The position numbers and the translations under genes were made by a program. Of a stretch of 64,000 nucleotides of DNA, positions 1-12,298 are shown one piece after another. Numbering within the stretch: the stretch's first letter is position 1; the number at the start of each line of letters is the position of its first letter. A model generated the notes under the pieces. The model worked only from the letters and a program-made list of their open reading frames with translations, was not told where the DNA came from and did not search any database. The stretch is from Neoechinorhynchus agilis (taxonomy: Eukaryota; Animalia; Acanthocephala): NCBI GenBank assembly GCA_051530055.1, contig CM121341.1:1364001-1428000 (forward strand), given 5' to 3'.

Positions 1-1749
1 CTGCTGAACGAAGTGGTGCCTATGACGTTTTGGCTGCTCTTACGAATATTTACAAGGAGAACATCAGCGACCAACTCGTTCATAGTCTCGTCGAATGCAC
101 AGGAAAGACGTTTGCGATTGATGGCGATATTAAATTACCAAGTTTACGAAACGGAGCTAGCAGCAATTCGGACGATATTGATATCGGTGGTGATCATGAA
201 AACGGTCTTCATTTAGACGATTCCGATATGGACGACGACGACGATGATGACGACGACGATGACGATGAAGATGATTCCAGCGATGATGACGAGTTTGAAC
301 TTTTTGAACGCGATTACGCTGATGAGCGATCAAGTGCTCTTGGAATGATATCCGATTTGGCTATTAATGCAGAACTAAAACTAGTCGGTCATTTTGATCG
401 CCTTTGGACTTTGGTTCATCGTCAGCTTGACCATCCGGAAGAGGATATACAAAACAGTGCAGCCCGATGTGCATGCTGTCTTCTCGTAATGTGCTATAAT
501 GTCGCTTCAAAAACTGTTAAAGAAGGAAAGCCATTGCCTGCCGGTGCTGTCAATGAACAAAGAATTGAAACGCTTCTAAAAAAGACCTACCAAGAACTTG
601 AAGAAAAGGTTCGAACTGCCAATCAACACTCATTTGCCTCCAGTGCTCTCAATGCAATTCAAATTTTGGTTGGTGGTTTCGATAAGTCATTTTTCTCGGT
701 TATTCCCGTCGATCACGTTGCAAACCTCATTGAAAGCGTTCTAATGCGTACATTGGAGATTTAGACAGGTTTCTGGGGTTTTTCTTCTAAAACGCATCTC
801 TTACAATTCATTAAAATTGTTCTGATTTTTCTGTAACGACCTGTGTAATCTCCTTAAGGTGGAATGCTTTAAAGATACAGCTGATCCTGAATCAGACGGG
901 GAGGAACCAGAATTGGACTCACTTGTGACCGAAGCAGCCGGCGATCTCCTTCCAACGTGCGCAAATGCTCTTAATCAAGACCAACACACATGTGAGACAT
1001 TTGAACGAGTCTTCACAAGTTGCATTGGTCATTTATTGAACCAGCTCAAGCAAGGCAATTCAACTCGTAAATCGTTCATCTTAGCTACTTTGGCCTGTAC
1101 TCTTAACAATCAGGACCGAATATTCATGGAGCCTCAGTTGGCCCTTGAGGTATTCGACACTTTCTTAAATGATAATCATGAAGAACTCGTCCAAAATTGC
1201 ATATACGGTATACGTGTGTTAGTTTCTAAGAAGCCGGAATTCTGTGCTCCGCATTTCTCTAACATTCTTAACAAACTACACGAGATTGTGAAGAATCGCG
1301 CGCCAATCGCTACACAAGGAGAATCAAAGAAATCATCACTAAGAGACAATTTATGCGGTTGTACGGGCCAAATATTGAACACAATCGCCCAATATTCGCC
1401 AAACGACGAAGCGTCCATGCGTGCCGTGTTCGAATTCGCAATAAGTATGTTGCCATTACGGAAGGATCTTGAGAATTATGGACCTCTGTATGAAGCTCTT
1501 ATTCAACCAGTCATTATTAAGGCGAGTTTTGCGGACACTGACGATTTGGTTGACCGGTTGGTTAGAATCGCTTTTAGTCTTATTGTAAAGGATGACGACT
1601 CGGATCTGTCACAAGAGGGGAAACTTGCTGTGATTAAATATTTAGTTTGGCAAACAGAATACAAAAAAGCGATTGTCTTAAAGGCTCTAGAAAACTATAG
1701 CGACGAGCAAAAGGTGATCTTGGAGTCGAAATTGCGACAGGAGCAGTAA
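1..1749 (+). CDS. IPO4: Importin-4 / Kap123-like karyopherin-beta, 3' part (open at window start); two coding blocks separated by a ~106-nt hairpin insert at ~753-858
   Basis: ORFs 30..764 and 859..1749 give a HEAT-repeat-like helical protein with a long acidic loop, then SVLMR...ECFKD...EPELDSLVTEAAGDLLP, resembling the importin-4 segment VLQRKTACQD...AEYDAMLLEHAGEAIP as I recall it. The frame is stop-free back to position 3. Confidence 0.8.
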
Positions 1750-2259
1750 GACTAACGAATATGTGCGCGTTAGTCAGAAAAACACATTAACGGAATTAAG
1801 AAGACATTCGCACATCGGCAAAAAATAAACGAACAAATTTGAATCGGTTTTTTACTGCATGGAAAGATTGTCTTGAAGTGCACGACGGAGTGATCGTTTG
1901 ACTTGGGAACCCGGACCTTTTGGTTAGCCAAAATGCCGCCTGCGGTGTTGAGAACATCCCAGGTTCCAGTGTTAAACGAACACTCGTGTCGTCTGATTTT
2001 GACCTTGCGTCCTTACTTTTTGGTTTGAATCATTCATTTTAAATTTGATTCAATCGGTCGAAATATACAATTGTCTTGGGCGATCGCTTGAGTATGTGAC
2101 TTTTTTATCACGAACAAAAACCTCTATAGTGCGATAAAAAAATTTAAAACAACAAGCTAAAATTTCAAACGAGACGACAACGTGAATTTACCTTTAGGTT
2201 TTATCTGAACGATTTCTAACGGCTATAGATACACTTTGATTGTGTTATGGGGAATGTGA

Positions 2260-2835
2260 CGACGACAGCGCGCAGGATTGGTACTCCCGCAACCGTCTCT
2301 CAAAAGGCAAAAGATGTTAGCACTTTTCTTGTATTTGCTTCTCAAAGCGAATTCGAACAAAGAGCTTTCCTTGGGCTTAAATCACTCCTTCTACTTCCAA
2401 TTAAGGATAGTTTGTCTGGACGCCTCATCTTCCACGTTCATCACTAAAATCTCGCATTTCGCAGCGTTCAATTTAATGCCAAATTTCGCCGTCTCCTACA
2501 CGAGTGTCTCCAAATCGTGCAGTACAACAGAGGGGTTATCTCCGAGCGCGGCATCGTCCAAGTACCAGCCGTTAAAGCTGGACTGGAGTGAGTGCGCGAC
2601 GGGATTGACTGCAAGTAAGAATTCTATTGCGCCCAAAGGATCCCTTGTTGAACTCCGCTTTCTGACAACAAAACGTGGTTGTTGAGGGAGTTGGAGTCCG
2701 ATTTGTAACTACTCTGAGCAAATCTGCTCGGTAAACTGTGTTGAATGCATTTTTGAAATAGCATTTCAAGACCACACATGGCTTTGAGTTTTCGGTGATG
2801 AGCGTGCAGAGTGAATGAACAATCGCCTCTGCGCC
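2260..2835 (-). mobile_element. CRE-like non-LTR retrotransposon RT fragment
   Basis: Minus strand VVLKCYFKNAFNTVYR (RT motif, cf. LKCDFRNAFNS in the 47.3-kb copy). Most of it is near-identical to ~4570-4975. Confidence 0.75.
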
Positions 2836-2959
2836 TCAGTCGTCTTTTAAACTTTTATTTCGTTTCCAAGCTCACGCGCAATTGATGCATACACGTTCGA
2901 TTATTTTGCAAATTCACAAACATTATTTTCTGAACCACTTAGAGCATTGTAAAAAGCGT

Positions 2960-3430
2960 GCAAATGCATCTCCAAGGGACTGGGCAGCGTCACCTACTAA
3001 AATAAATTTGAATATTTTTATTTCAGATATCGATTTTATGCCCACGATGTTTTTGTGCCATTTTCCGAAATATCGAGGTTATTATTATGATATGGGACAA
3101 AAACATTTTTCAAAAAATGTAAGATCATTATTGCTACGTAGCTTCATTGACATTCAGAAAAAAATCCATTATAATGGTTTTTTAATTTTATGGAAAAAAA
3201 TCGCAATCCATAGTTTGCGCTAACAAATATTCTCTCGATGTCCTTATTAGTAATTCCTAACAGAACGAGCTACGTAGATTACATTGAAAGACGAGGTTAT
3301 TGATTGGCTTAAAAGAGCTCCTTACACGAGTCTTCGTACTCAAATTTGACATTTAACGTTTATGTTTTATAAATTTATATTTGCAAGAGTTGATAAACGA
3401 AAATAAGAATATAAGTTTCAAACAAAATAG
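2960..3430. repeat. Unclassified ~470-bp dispersed repeat; inverted copy at ~54600-55060
   Basis: Direct sequence comparison, e.g. gcaaatgcatctccaagggactgggcagcgtcacctact occurs as reverse complement near 55020-55060. Confidence 0.85.
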
Positions 3431-3499
3431 ATCGTATAATTTATTATCAGCAGGCCTGCGTGGTTCATGGTTTTTTCTTCAAAAACAGAGAAATAAAAA

Positions 3500-4400
3500 G
3501 TGTTTTTGCAATCCCATCACCTTTGAGCAATATAAAATCTTACAAAAGCTACGAATCTAATTCTGATGAACGTATCACAAGAAATGAGATTGAGCGAATA
3601 TTCGCAATTTTCTTACATTTATGCTCCGCAAGCAGGCCTTACGCAGCAAGAAAAAGTCCAGTTTTTGGAAGATATGTATGATGTGATGAACGAAATCAAG
3701 GAGAAACGATGTGTAGTATGTGGAGATTTCAACGGTCATGTCGGAGCGGAAAATTCGAGCTGGAGGCTGGTGCATGGTGGGATAGGCTTTGGAAACAGTA
3801 ATGCAGAGGGCGAAAGTATTATGGACTTTGCGTTGGCAAAAAATCTCGGAATAGCAGACACCTACTTCAAGAAATTGGAACGACAACTGGTGACCTACAA
3901 CAGCGGTGGAAGGCGGATAAAGATCGACGACATCCTTTGTCCAGAAGAGAAATGGAGAGAAGTGTGGACCGTCAAAGCTATACCCAGCGAAACTTGAGCT
4001 TCCGAACATCGATTATTGTACATAGGACTAGAGATCAAGAATATCAGGCCGCCCAATTACAGGATTCCTCCAAAATCAAATGGCGGCGACTGGATCAACC
4101 TCTGTATCGCGAGAAATTCAGGGAAGAGATTGTCAACAGTCTAAATCCTGAGATCAATGACGCGGATAGATGGTGAGCCGAGTCGGCGGGGTTAATTTGG
4201 TAGAGCAGGCAGGGAAATTCTCGGGTTGACCACGGGTAGAAAAGGAAAGAAACAAGAGACACGGTGGTGGAACGATGAGGTTCAAAGGGCGATCCCCGAT
4301 AAAAAGAGAGCAAAGAAGGAAATGGATACAGATCGATCCGTGGCAAATAAGCAGCTATATAATAAAGCCAAAAACGAAGCTAAGAAAGCTGTGGCTATAG
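3500..4400 (+). mobile_element. RTE-clade LINE fragment, AP endonuclease region, degenerate
   Basis: YIYAPQAG, VVCGDFNGHVG, HGGIGFGNSNAEGESIMDFA, TYNSGGRRIKIDDIL, then TRWWNDEVQRAI, typical of RTE ORFs; internal stops. Confidence 0.9.
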
Positions 4401-4419
4401 CGAAGCGAGGAACAGAACC

Positions 4420-5340
4420 TTTTTGGGAGAATAATTCATCAACTCGTTCGGTGGAAGATTGGCAATCTCTGCTTCGACATTATAACCAAAAATGCAGCTT
4501 TCTAGAATACTCAATCGGTTTAGAGTGATCAATTCAATCCCTGGGGCCAGGTGCTGAAAATCTTTCAGGATAGTTTGTCTGGACGCCTCATCTTCCACGT
4601 CAGCGTTCAATTTAATGCCAAATTTCGCCGTCTCCTACACGAGTGTCTCCAAATCGTGCAGTACAACAGAGGGGTTATCTCCGAGCGCGGCATCGTCCAA
4701 GTACCAGCCGTTAAAGCTGGACTGGAGTGAGTGCGCGACGGGATTGACTGCAAGTAAGAATTCTATTGCGCCCAAAGGATCCCTTGTTGAACTCCGCTTT
4801 CTGACAACAAAACGTGGTTGTTGAGGGAGTTGGAGTCCGATTTGTAACTACTCTGAGCAAATCTGCTCGGTAAACTGTGTTGAATGCATTTTTGAAATAG
4901 CATTTCAAGACCACGCATGGCTTTGAGTTTTCGGTGATGAGCGTGCAGAGTGAATGAACAATCGCCTCAAGCAGCATCCCAACTTTTTCTGCGATCCTTT
5001 TATTTAAAATTTTTGATGTTAAACTGCGCAGGGTTGTTCCAATTGCAATGTAACGAATCCCACCTTCCTTTTTCGCGAGGGCACACAAAGATGCGCTGAA
5101 AAATTACTCAGAGATCCTTATCTTTGCGACCGCAGCTTCCAAATTTTTGATTTCAGTAACCACCGCATTTTATGCCAATCACAACGATTCGAGAGTTTAA
5201 TTATCTTTCATTTCTTCAATGTGCCCTCTGAGATGCAATCGCATCTTTGGTCGTCATTGGGCTTTGGCTGCTCGCCAATACTTACTGCTTGTAAGTTTTT
5301 AAATATTCGAGTTCGTGTGAAAAACCTCTGAATTATTCGC
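4420..5340 (-). mobile_element. CRE-like non-LTR retrotransposon RT fragment plus adjacent repeat sequence
   Basis: CALAKKEGGIRYIAIGTTLRSLTSKIL and LKCYFKNAF; downstream ILKDFQHLAPGIELITLNRLSILESCIF. The ~5130-5340 part recurs inverted at ~58735-58920. Confidence 0.8.
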
Positions 5341-5589
5341 GTTGTGCGCTCGCTCTTTTATGAGAAAACGAAACTTTTTAGGTAAATACGTCACCAAAAT
5401 AATGTCATTTTTTGCCCAGAGACTACGATGATGTAACTTAGAGTTTTATTTCTAAATTCAAGGAAGTTTATCGAATGGGTCCTAATTTTGTAGATGGTCA
5501 TTGTATAGGAATTTTCGTCGTAAAAAACGATGAGCATCAACGTTTAAAGTTGGTGAGCGTAATCCCGGTTAAAGATTCCTTTATTATTC

Positions 5590-5635
5590 TGAAATATTTC
5601 GAAAGAGGAAACCTCGCCTCATCAGTCATCTAAAA
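5590..5635 (-). ncRNA. Minimal type-I hammerhead-ribozyme-like motif (Penelope-type)
   Basis: Reverse strand reads GAUGA-CUGAUGA-G-GCGAGG-UUU-CCUCUUUC-GAAA-UA-UU. Confidence 0.5.
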
Positions 5636-5934
5636 AAGTTTGTATAACAGTTCTTTTTATTTGTTTGGCCTTTTCAGCTCGGGTTGAGAATATGTCCGCT
5701 CGTATTCCCTGCATTGTGTAGCGCTTTTAATTCATTTTCATCAGGTAACTGATAGCCAATTTTAAACTGATGCTCGAATTGTTACCTTCCGTTGTGTTGG
5801 TTGCCGAGATGTATGTAAAGCCTCTCAACATTCTTTTATTTTCTTATTAGTTCATCGAACATTTTTCAGCTTTTTCAGAGCACTTTGCGTTTTTTGAACA
5901 AAACATTATTGATTATAACACATTCGCAACCAAG

Positions 5935-8170
5935 CCATCGGGGAAAATCGGTGCCGGTCCCAAGCCCGGACAAATGGGGAGGGTTGACGTCAGGAAGGGC
6001 ATCCGGCCTTAAAACCCTGTGCCAAAACTATCTATGCCAATGTCAAGTTCTTTAATTTCGAACGATCTGACAAGGGCATACCCCTTATGCGACGCGCAGA
6101 CTCGGCGCCCGGAGGATGCGAAAAATGAATTAGGGTTATCGGGTAAGCGACGGGCCTGGCTAAAGAAACGAGTAGTCATAAAAATAAGAATTGGTTTTAT
6201 GACAGGGAGAAGTCGAGAAGTGGTCGATTTGATGAGCAGAAGAAAATTTCAGATACTCGGGATAGAAGAACTACGATGGAAAATACGCAAGGCTAAAGAA
6301 GTTGGAGAAGGTTATAAACTAATTTATAGTGGCGGAACAAGTGGTAGAAATGGGGTCAGTATTGTAATCGCTAAAGACATAGTCGACGATGTAATGGAAG
6401 TGAAAAGAACAAGTGATCGAGTTATGGTGGTGAGGAGAAACGGGAGTGGTGAAATCACGACAGAAGTGGCTGCATACACCCCGCAGGTCGATTGCAGCGA
6501 GGAGGAGAAAGATGAATTTTGGCTGGATCTATCACGGACACGTGGGACCGAGAGATGGCTACGAGCGAATTCATGGAGGACACAGTGTAGGATCAAGGAA
6601 CGCCGAGGGTGTAAGACTGTTGGATTATACAACGGCGTTGGAGTTGCGTATTTAGAATACATACTTCAAAAAAGACCCACGGCACCTTTACACATACTCA
6701 AACGGTGGAAGATCAAATCAATTTTATTTTGTACCCGATAGCGAAGTGGGGCGAAGTCTGGAATGTCAAGATAATACTAGGAGAGGAGTGTGCGATGCAA
6801 CATAGATTACTCGTGGCCGACCTTAGGATTAGGGTAAAAGGCAAACATCAAGTAGCGTCGGTCCAGATAGCATTCCGATCGAACTGTGGCAATCCCTAGG
6901 AGTCTTCGGAATAAAGTTGCTCACGAGGCTATTTCAGAAGATAGACATGTAGGAAAAGATCCCATCGGAATGGTAGGGAAGCATATTGATACCGATCTTC
7001 AAAAGCAAAGGAGATGTTCTGCAGTGTAGGAGCTACCGGGGCATCAAACTCATGTCTCACACAATGAAACTGTGGGAACGAATGATCGATCACAGGATTA
7101 GAGAGGAGATCCGAATCAGCGAGGACCAACGAGGATTCATGCCCGACAGAAGCTCAATCGACGCAATATTCGTGCTGAGGCAGCTGTATGAGAGGTTCAG
7201 TGAGATGCAGTGCCCTTTGCACAGTGTGTTCGTCGATTTGCAAGGGACGTACGACACTGTCCCTCGAGATCTGGTGTGGGCATTCCTCAGGAAAAGGAAT
7301 TGTCCCGAACACTATGTCGCCGCGGCCACAGCTGAACGACCGACTATTTCCGAATCTCCGTGGGTCTGCAACATGGTTCGGCCCTTAGCCCATTCTTGTT
7401 CACGATCGTGATAGACGTCCTAGAAAATGCGGAAAGAGAAATGAACGCACCATGGACGATACTATTCGCGGACGATTTGATGCTCACAGCTAGGGATGTG
7501 GACACGCTCAAGAATTTGCTGAAGAGTTGGCGACAACGATTAGAGAGCAACGGATTGAGTGAGCAGGCGCAAAACGAAATATATGGGGCCGGGTAACCTC
7601 AATATGCAAGGAATTCAGATCGAAAAGATGAACACATTTAAATATTTGGATAGCCTGTTGAACATGCAATGTGAGCTCGCACCAGAGATCGGACAAAAAG
7701 TTCAATGCGGGTGGAATAACTGGAGGAAGACAACAGGCATCCTTTGCGATAAGCGTCTTTCGAACAAGCTCAAAGGGCGGGTGTACAAGGCAGTAGTGAG
7801 ACCCGCCATCCTCCACAGAGCGGAGAAGTGGGCTACGAAGAAGGAAGACGTTCAGCGATAAGCCGTCAACGAAATGCGGTTGCTGAGATGGTCCGTAGGA
7901 TTGACACGCAAGGATCGAGTGAACAATGAGGAGGTGCGATAGCTGTTTGCTGTCGATCCGACCGAGGAGGTAATCGCTAAGAGGCGGGTGCGATGGTACC
8001 TGCAAGGGACACAAGCAGATGAAGGCGCCTGGGTGAAGAGCGCACGGAGAATCGAGCTCGAGGGGAAAATGAAAAGAGGGAGGCCCAAGAAGAGGTGGGA
8101 GGACAATGTGAGCGGAGATTTCAAGACGTTGGGAATGGAGAAGAACAAAGACGAAAACCAACAATGCTGA
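5935..8170 (+). mobile_element. RTE-clade LINE, near full length but internally deleted and frameshifted (APE + RT)
   Basis: RTE-type 5' motif ggtcccaagcccgg...gtcaggaagggcatccggc; EN motifs (GYKLIYSG, NGVSIV, AYTPQVDC); RT motifs (YRGIKLMSHTMKLWER, QRGFMPDRS, GLQHGSALSP, LFADD); C-terminal RGRPKKRWEDNV. Confidence 0.92.
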
Positions 8171-8224
8171 AAAGAACGACTTCTCAAGCGAGAGAAAAGT
8201 TCAAAGAAATGTTATTGTTTTTTT

Positions 8225-9680
8225 GAAGCAGTAGAATCGTAAACAAATTCCATTCTCTCTATTTGTTGACTTGTAATTACTGTCGAAGGCTTTTAAAAAA
8301 CCAATTTTTTTTAGTAATTACAACTATTTTATCTAGGTCCAAATTTACAAAGCTCTAAACACTTCAAATTCTAGTTTAGTAACTTTTTGGTTGAAATCTA
8401 TTCTGGCAGTGAGTAACCATCAAAATTCAACATGTTCGCAACATCAAAGAATTGCCTTAGAACATCAAACAGTCATGGAGTATGGCAAATATTAAATAGT
8501 GGTGAACATAATCCCAGTTAAAGATTCCTTTATTTTTAGGAAATATTTCGAAAGAGGAAACCTCGCTTCATCTGCTAATGGTTTGCCTCTTAAAACGAGC
8601 TAAAAAGGCCAAAAAAATAAAAAGAACTATTACACAAACTTTTTTAGATGACTGATGAGACGAGGTTTCTTTTTTCGAAATATTTCCTAATAATAAAGGA
8701 AACGAGATTTCTCACATTCAAGCATTTTGCTTCTCTAATTTTTTTTAAAACATATCGTTTATTTTACTATTTCGTTTTTTATTCCTGTAAACATCCCGAC
8801 GTTGCCAGTATACTGGCAGCGTTTCTACCCTTAACCTAACCAAGTGCTTTGAAATCGTCCCCTCGATCTTAAATAGCCCTGCCGATCAGCCGCTTCTGCC
8901 TTTCCCTATCAATCGTGTCTCCTCTGTTCGTATACTTGGTTTCCACATTTTCAGAAAAATTTAAAGTCGGACAAGCACACATCAATTTCGTTGCACAAAG
9001 GGTCCACGAAGCTCTATCTGCTTAAACGCCCTGCTCTCCGAACTCCTGCCCTTAGAAGAACACCTTTCTCTAATCGTTCAAAAGCAATCAAAGCATCTTC
9101 ATTCTCTTCCCCCTCAATTTCTTCCCCACATTTCTCCTTTTACTCACACTTTCAATACTCGCGTCGCCCCAATATTTCCCATCCTTTAGTTCCTCGCACA
9201 AATCTTTACCTCAATTCTTTTTCCCCATTGCTCAATCCTCCAAATGCGGATTGATTCGGATCAAAGAACGGAAAACAACAACCCAACAACTTAATCAACC
9301 AAAATAAAATAAAGTACCAAAAACAATTATACAAACCATAGTCAACTTACCTAAGTTACAAGCTTCGGCGACTTAGTCTTCTTACTCTTACAAATAAAAC
9401 GTGTTTATGTGACAATTTACTTTTATTGCGTTGCCGTGAAATGAAAAGTACCAGTGATTTTGACAGAGGTAATTTTTCAGTTCAATGTCAAGTGATTGAA
9501 ACAACCAGAAGGGTGCGTTTCAAATTTGAAACATTCTCGAATTTATCTATGAAAATTGATTACAGGCTCAATCAAAAGAGCCAAACCGAAATTTTCGATT
9601 GGTTAGCTTCATTGTCGCTTTTTTGGAAGGCCCCTTTGAAAAGTACATAAAATAAAGATGAGCATTATGTTTACGGCGTG
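8225..9680 (+). repeat. ~1.45-kb composite direct repeat (copy at ~19765-21215) containing a hammerhead-like pair and a LINE RT 3' fragment
   Basis: Near-identical sequence; ORFs 8648..8839/20188..20379 and 8991..9254/20531..20794 are almost identical translations. Confidence 0.93.
8643..8690 (+). ncRNA. Minimal hammerhead-like motif; copy at ~20183-20230; mutated inverted partner at ~8535-8580
   Basis: UUAGAUGA-CUGAUGA-G-ACGAGG...UUC-GAAA-UA-UU-UCCUAA; core at 8652-8658, GAAA at 8677-8680. Stem II is weak in this copy. Confidence 0.45.
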
Positions 9681-10599
9681 AACAAGATGACTTCTTGTTT
9701 GCCACTACCACAGCCATCTTCATAGAGCAAAATCAAAACACAAGAAAACCATCATACACTCCTCTGTAACGACGACTCCATTAATTTAAAAATTCATCCC
9801 GATTGCGCTAGAAACGCTGGGATGCCTCGGAAAGAAGCCGATTATTTCCTTTTCCCGACTGGGAAAGATGCTGAAATATGCCAGAGAAAAGTTCAAAGAA
9901 ATGTTGTTGAAGCAATGACCAATTGAAAAACCTTTTTGGAGCCAGCGCCGCACAACTCTTGACGTTTAGATTGCAACATTAATAACATTTATTTGTTGAT
10001 GCACAAGAAATAGGGCCATGTACCTTTGGGAGGCAATTGTTTGGATAGGAGGATACTTGTATTGTACCAGAAAGCAAAAAAGAAATTATAAAACCATTTT
10101 ATACTTTATTAATGTAAAGTCTAAGGCTGTTCCCAAAAAATTGGATTACGAATGCATGGGTCGAAATTTGCCACGCTCATTCTTAGTACATGAATGAAGG
10201 TGATCTTCTATTAGACTTAAACGTGAGTTGCGTTTCGTTCTCTTCAAAATGGAATGTGCTGTAAAAAGTATTTGTGTCGCTCTTCTGTATAATATTTAGT
10301 AAGGAAAACTCTGCGGCATCATTATGCCACGTCATTTCCTTACGATTTTTAGCAATTTCTACATTTGTTGTTTTGCTTGATAAAGACTTCCAAGAACCTT
10401 ACTGGACATATACATAAGAAAAGAAGTGAGCATTTATAAAACTATTCGTCATGTCTTTCATTTAAAAACTTTTTGTACGTTACGTAAGTACCTGAATATG
10501 CCTCCAAATCGGTGAAGCCTTCAGGCAAGTGTTAATTTCGCCTCAGCCATTGTTGACTTGGATATGACCGGAACGGGTTGTCTCTAAAGGCGAGCTAAG

Positions 10600-12000
10600 G
10601 ATATTAAGGCTCCACCCATCAGTTTATTATTCTTTCCGTCTTTCAACGATACCTTTATATACTGAATGCCTTGATAAAATTTTCATCAAACAAACAAAAC
10701 GTTATCGACCCTAACACCACCGCAATTTCTACCACATTTTATTTCCCGTTTCACACGAGCACAACACTCGTAGTCCTAATTCATTTCATCCTCCTCTACC
10801 TACGCTCCTTTTTCCATACTGTCCAATCTTCTCGGATATCATTGTCCGAAATAAGCCTGAGGAAAGACCAAACCTCACAAACTCTCCTGCAAAGAATAAC
10901 CACCAATTCCCACCAGAACGAACCTTTCAACCCGACCGGACATTCCCACCCGCCCGGAATCGTAACCCACTCCAAAATCAATGGCCAGATTCATTGAACA
11001 AATCAGAACTCGAGTCGGTCGGGTTGAAAGGTTCGTTCTGGTGGGAATTGGTGGTTATTGTTTGCAGGAGAGTTTGTGAGGTTTGGTCTTTCCTCATAAT
11101 AACACGTCGATTGTTAAAAAAATACAAATAATAAGAGGACCCATGTCCCTTTGGGTCCTCATATGCATTCAAGTTCACAGTTGTTCCAAAAAAGCGTATC
11201 CTTTAGGATGGGAATATCCAGTCGAGGGAAGTCCGTTTGGGAGGTAATATCTGGTCGGAGGGATGTCTATTCGGGTGGGAACTATCCAGCCGGGGACGAT
11301 TCGTTCGAGTGAGTATGTCCGTTCGATAGAGAATATCCGGTTGGGTTGGAAGGTCCGTTGTGGTAGGAGTGGGAGTTTATTGCTTGCAACCCCGAAAAGG
11401 GAAAATGCGACAAGTTGTTGTTTGCCTCCAAGAACTTGAAAAATCGCCTTCGAGTATAATAATTTGTTACCTTCGTTAATTCTGATGTAATACGACGTTT
11501 TTAATACGTTTCCTTTAAATCCTCAATCCTCTGGTCCATCGACGCTTGTTAAGAAAGGCTTATTCGTCTCCCTTATTCAAAATCATGTAAATGAAAATTT
11601 ATCATTCGGTCTGTTCGAAATGAAAGAAAAAGAGCTGGAAGGAACATTCTAGTATATATATAATAACACGTTTATTGAAAATACAAAGATAGGTTAGGAT
11701 TACCCATGTACCTTTGGGCCCTCATCCGTTGATGTGGGAATATCCAGTCGAGGGAAGTCCGTTTGGGAGGTAATATCTGGTTGGAGGGATGTTTATTCGG
11801 GTTCGGGTTACAATGTGTCCGTTCGTTTGAAAATATTGCTTGCAGGAGCGCTTGTAAGGCTGGTCTTTCTTCAGAATCATTTCAGGTTCTGATATCCGAG
11901 AAGATTGGGCAGCATGGAAAAAGGAGCATAGATGTGAAACGAATTAGGATTACGAGTGTTGTGCTCGTGCGAAAAGGGAGCGATATGTGAAATAAATTGT
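10600..12000. mobile_element. Degenerate LINE 3'-region fragments in both orientations; ~11080-12000 is duplicated at ~21600-22530
   Basis: The internal repeated unit (cccatgt.cctttggg...gggaatatccagtcgagggaagtccg) appears at ~11140, 11700, 21690 and 22190. 10860-10960 is inverted at 11010-11090. Confidence 0.6.
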
Positions 12001-12298
12001 GTTGGTAGCGTTGAGAGGCATTTTGATTGTTTAATGAAAATAGCCTCAAGGCATTCGGTGAGAGGGGGGAAGTCAGCTGTGCAAATGGAAAGTAGCTGGG
12101 GGACCGTTTTTTGTTATTGATTGCTACTGTCTTCTAATCTTATATGAGAGCCTCGTTGGAAATATGAGGACTAAACGTGATGGCGGGCTTTGGCGAGTCT
12201 TCACCGATGTTTTCACAATATTTGTCCAATAAAGTTTTTAGGATTACAAAATCAACACATGACAAAACACGGCAAATTTAATAGCGATCAAAAACAAG

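Noticed and set aside
230-290. (GAC/GAT)n microsatellite
   Set aside because: It encodes the poly-Asp acidic loop of importin-4.
845-858. U12-type branch site (TCCTTAA) in the importin insert
   Set aside because: There is no RTATCCTT 5' splice site, and the motif runs directly into the AG with no spacing.
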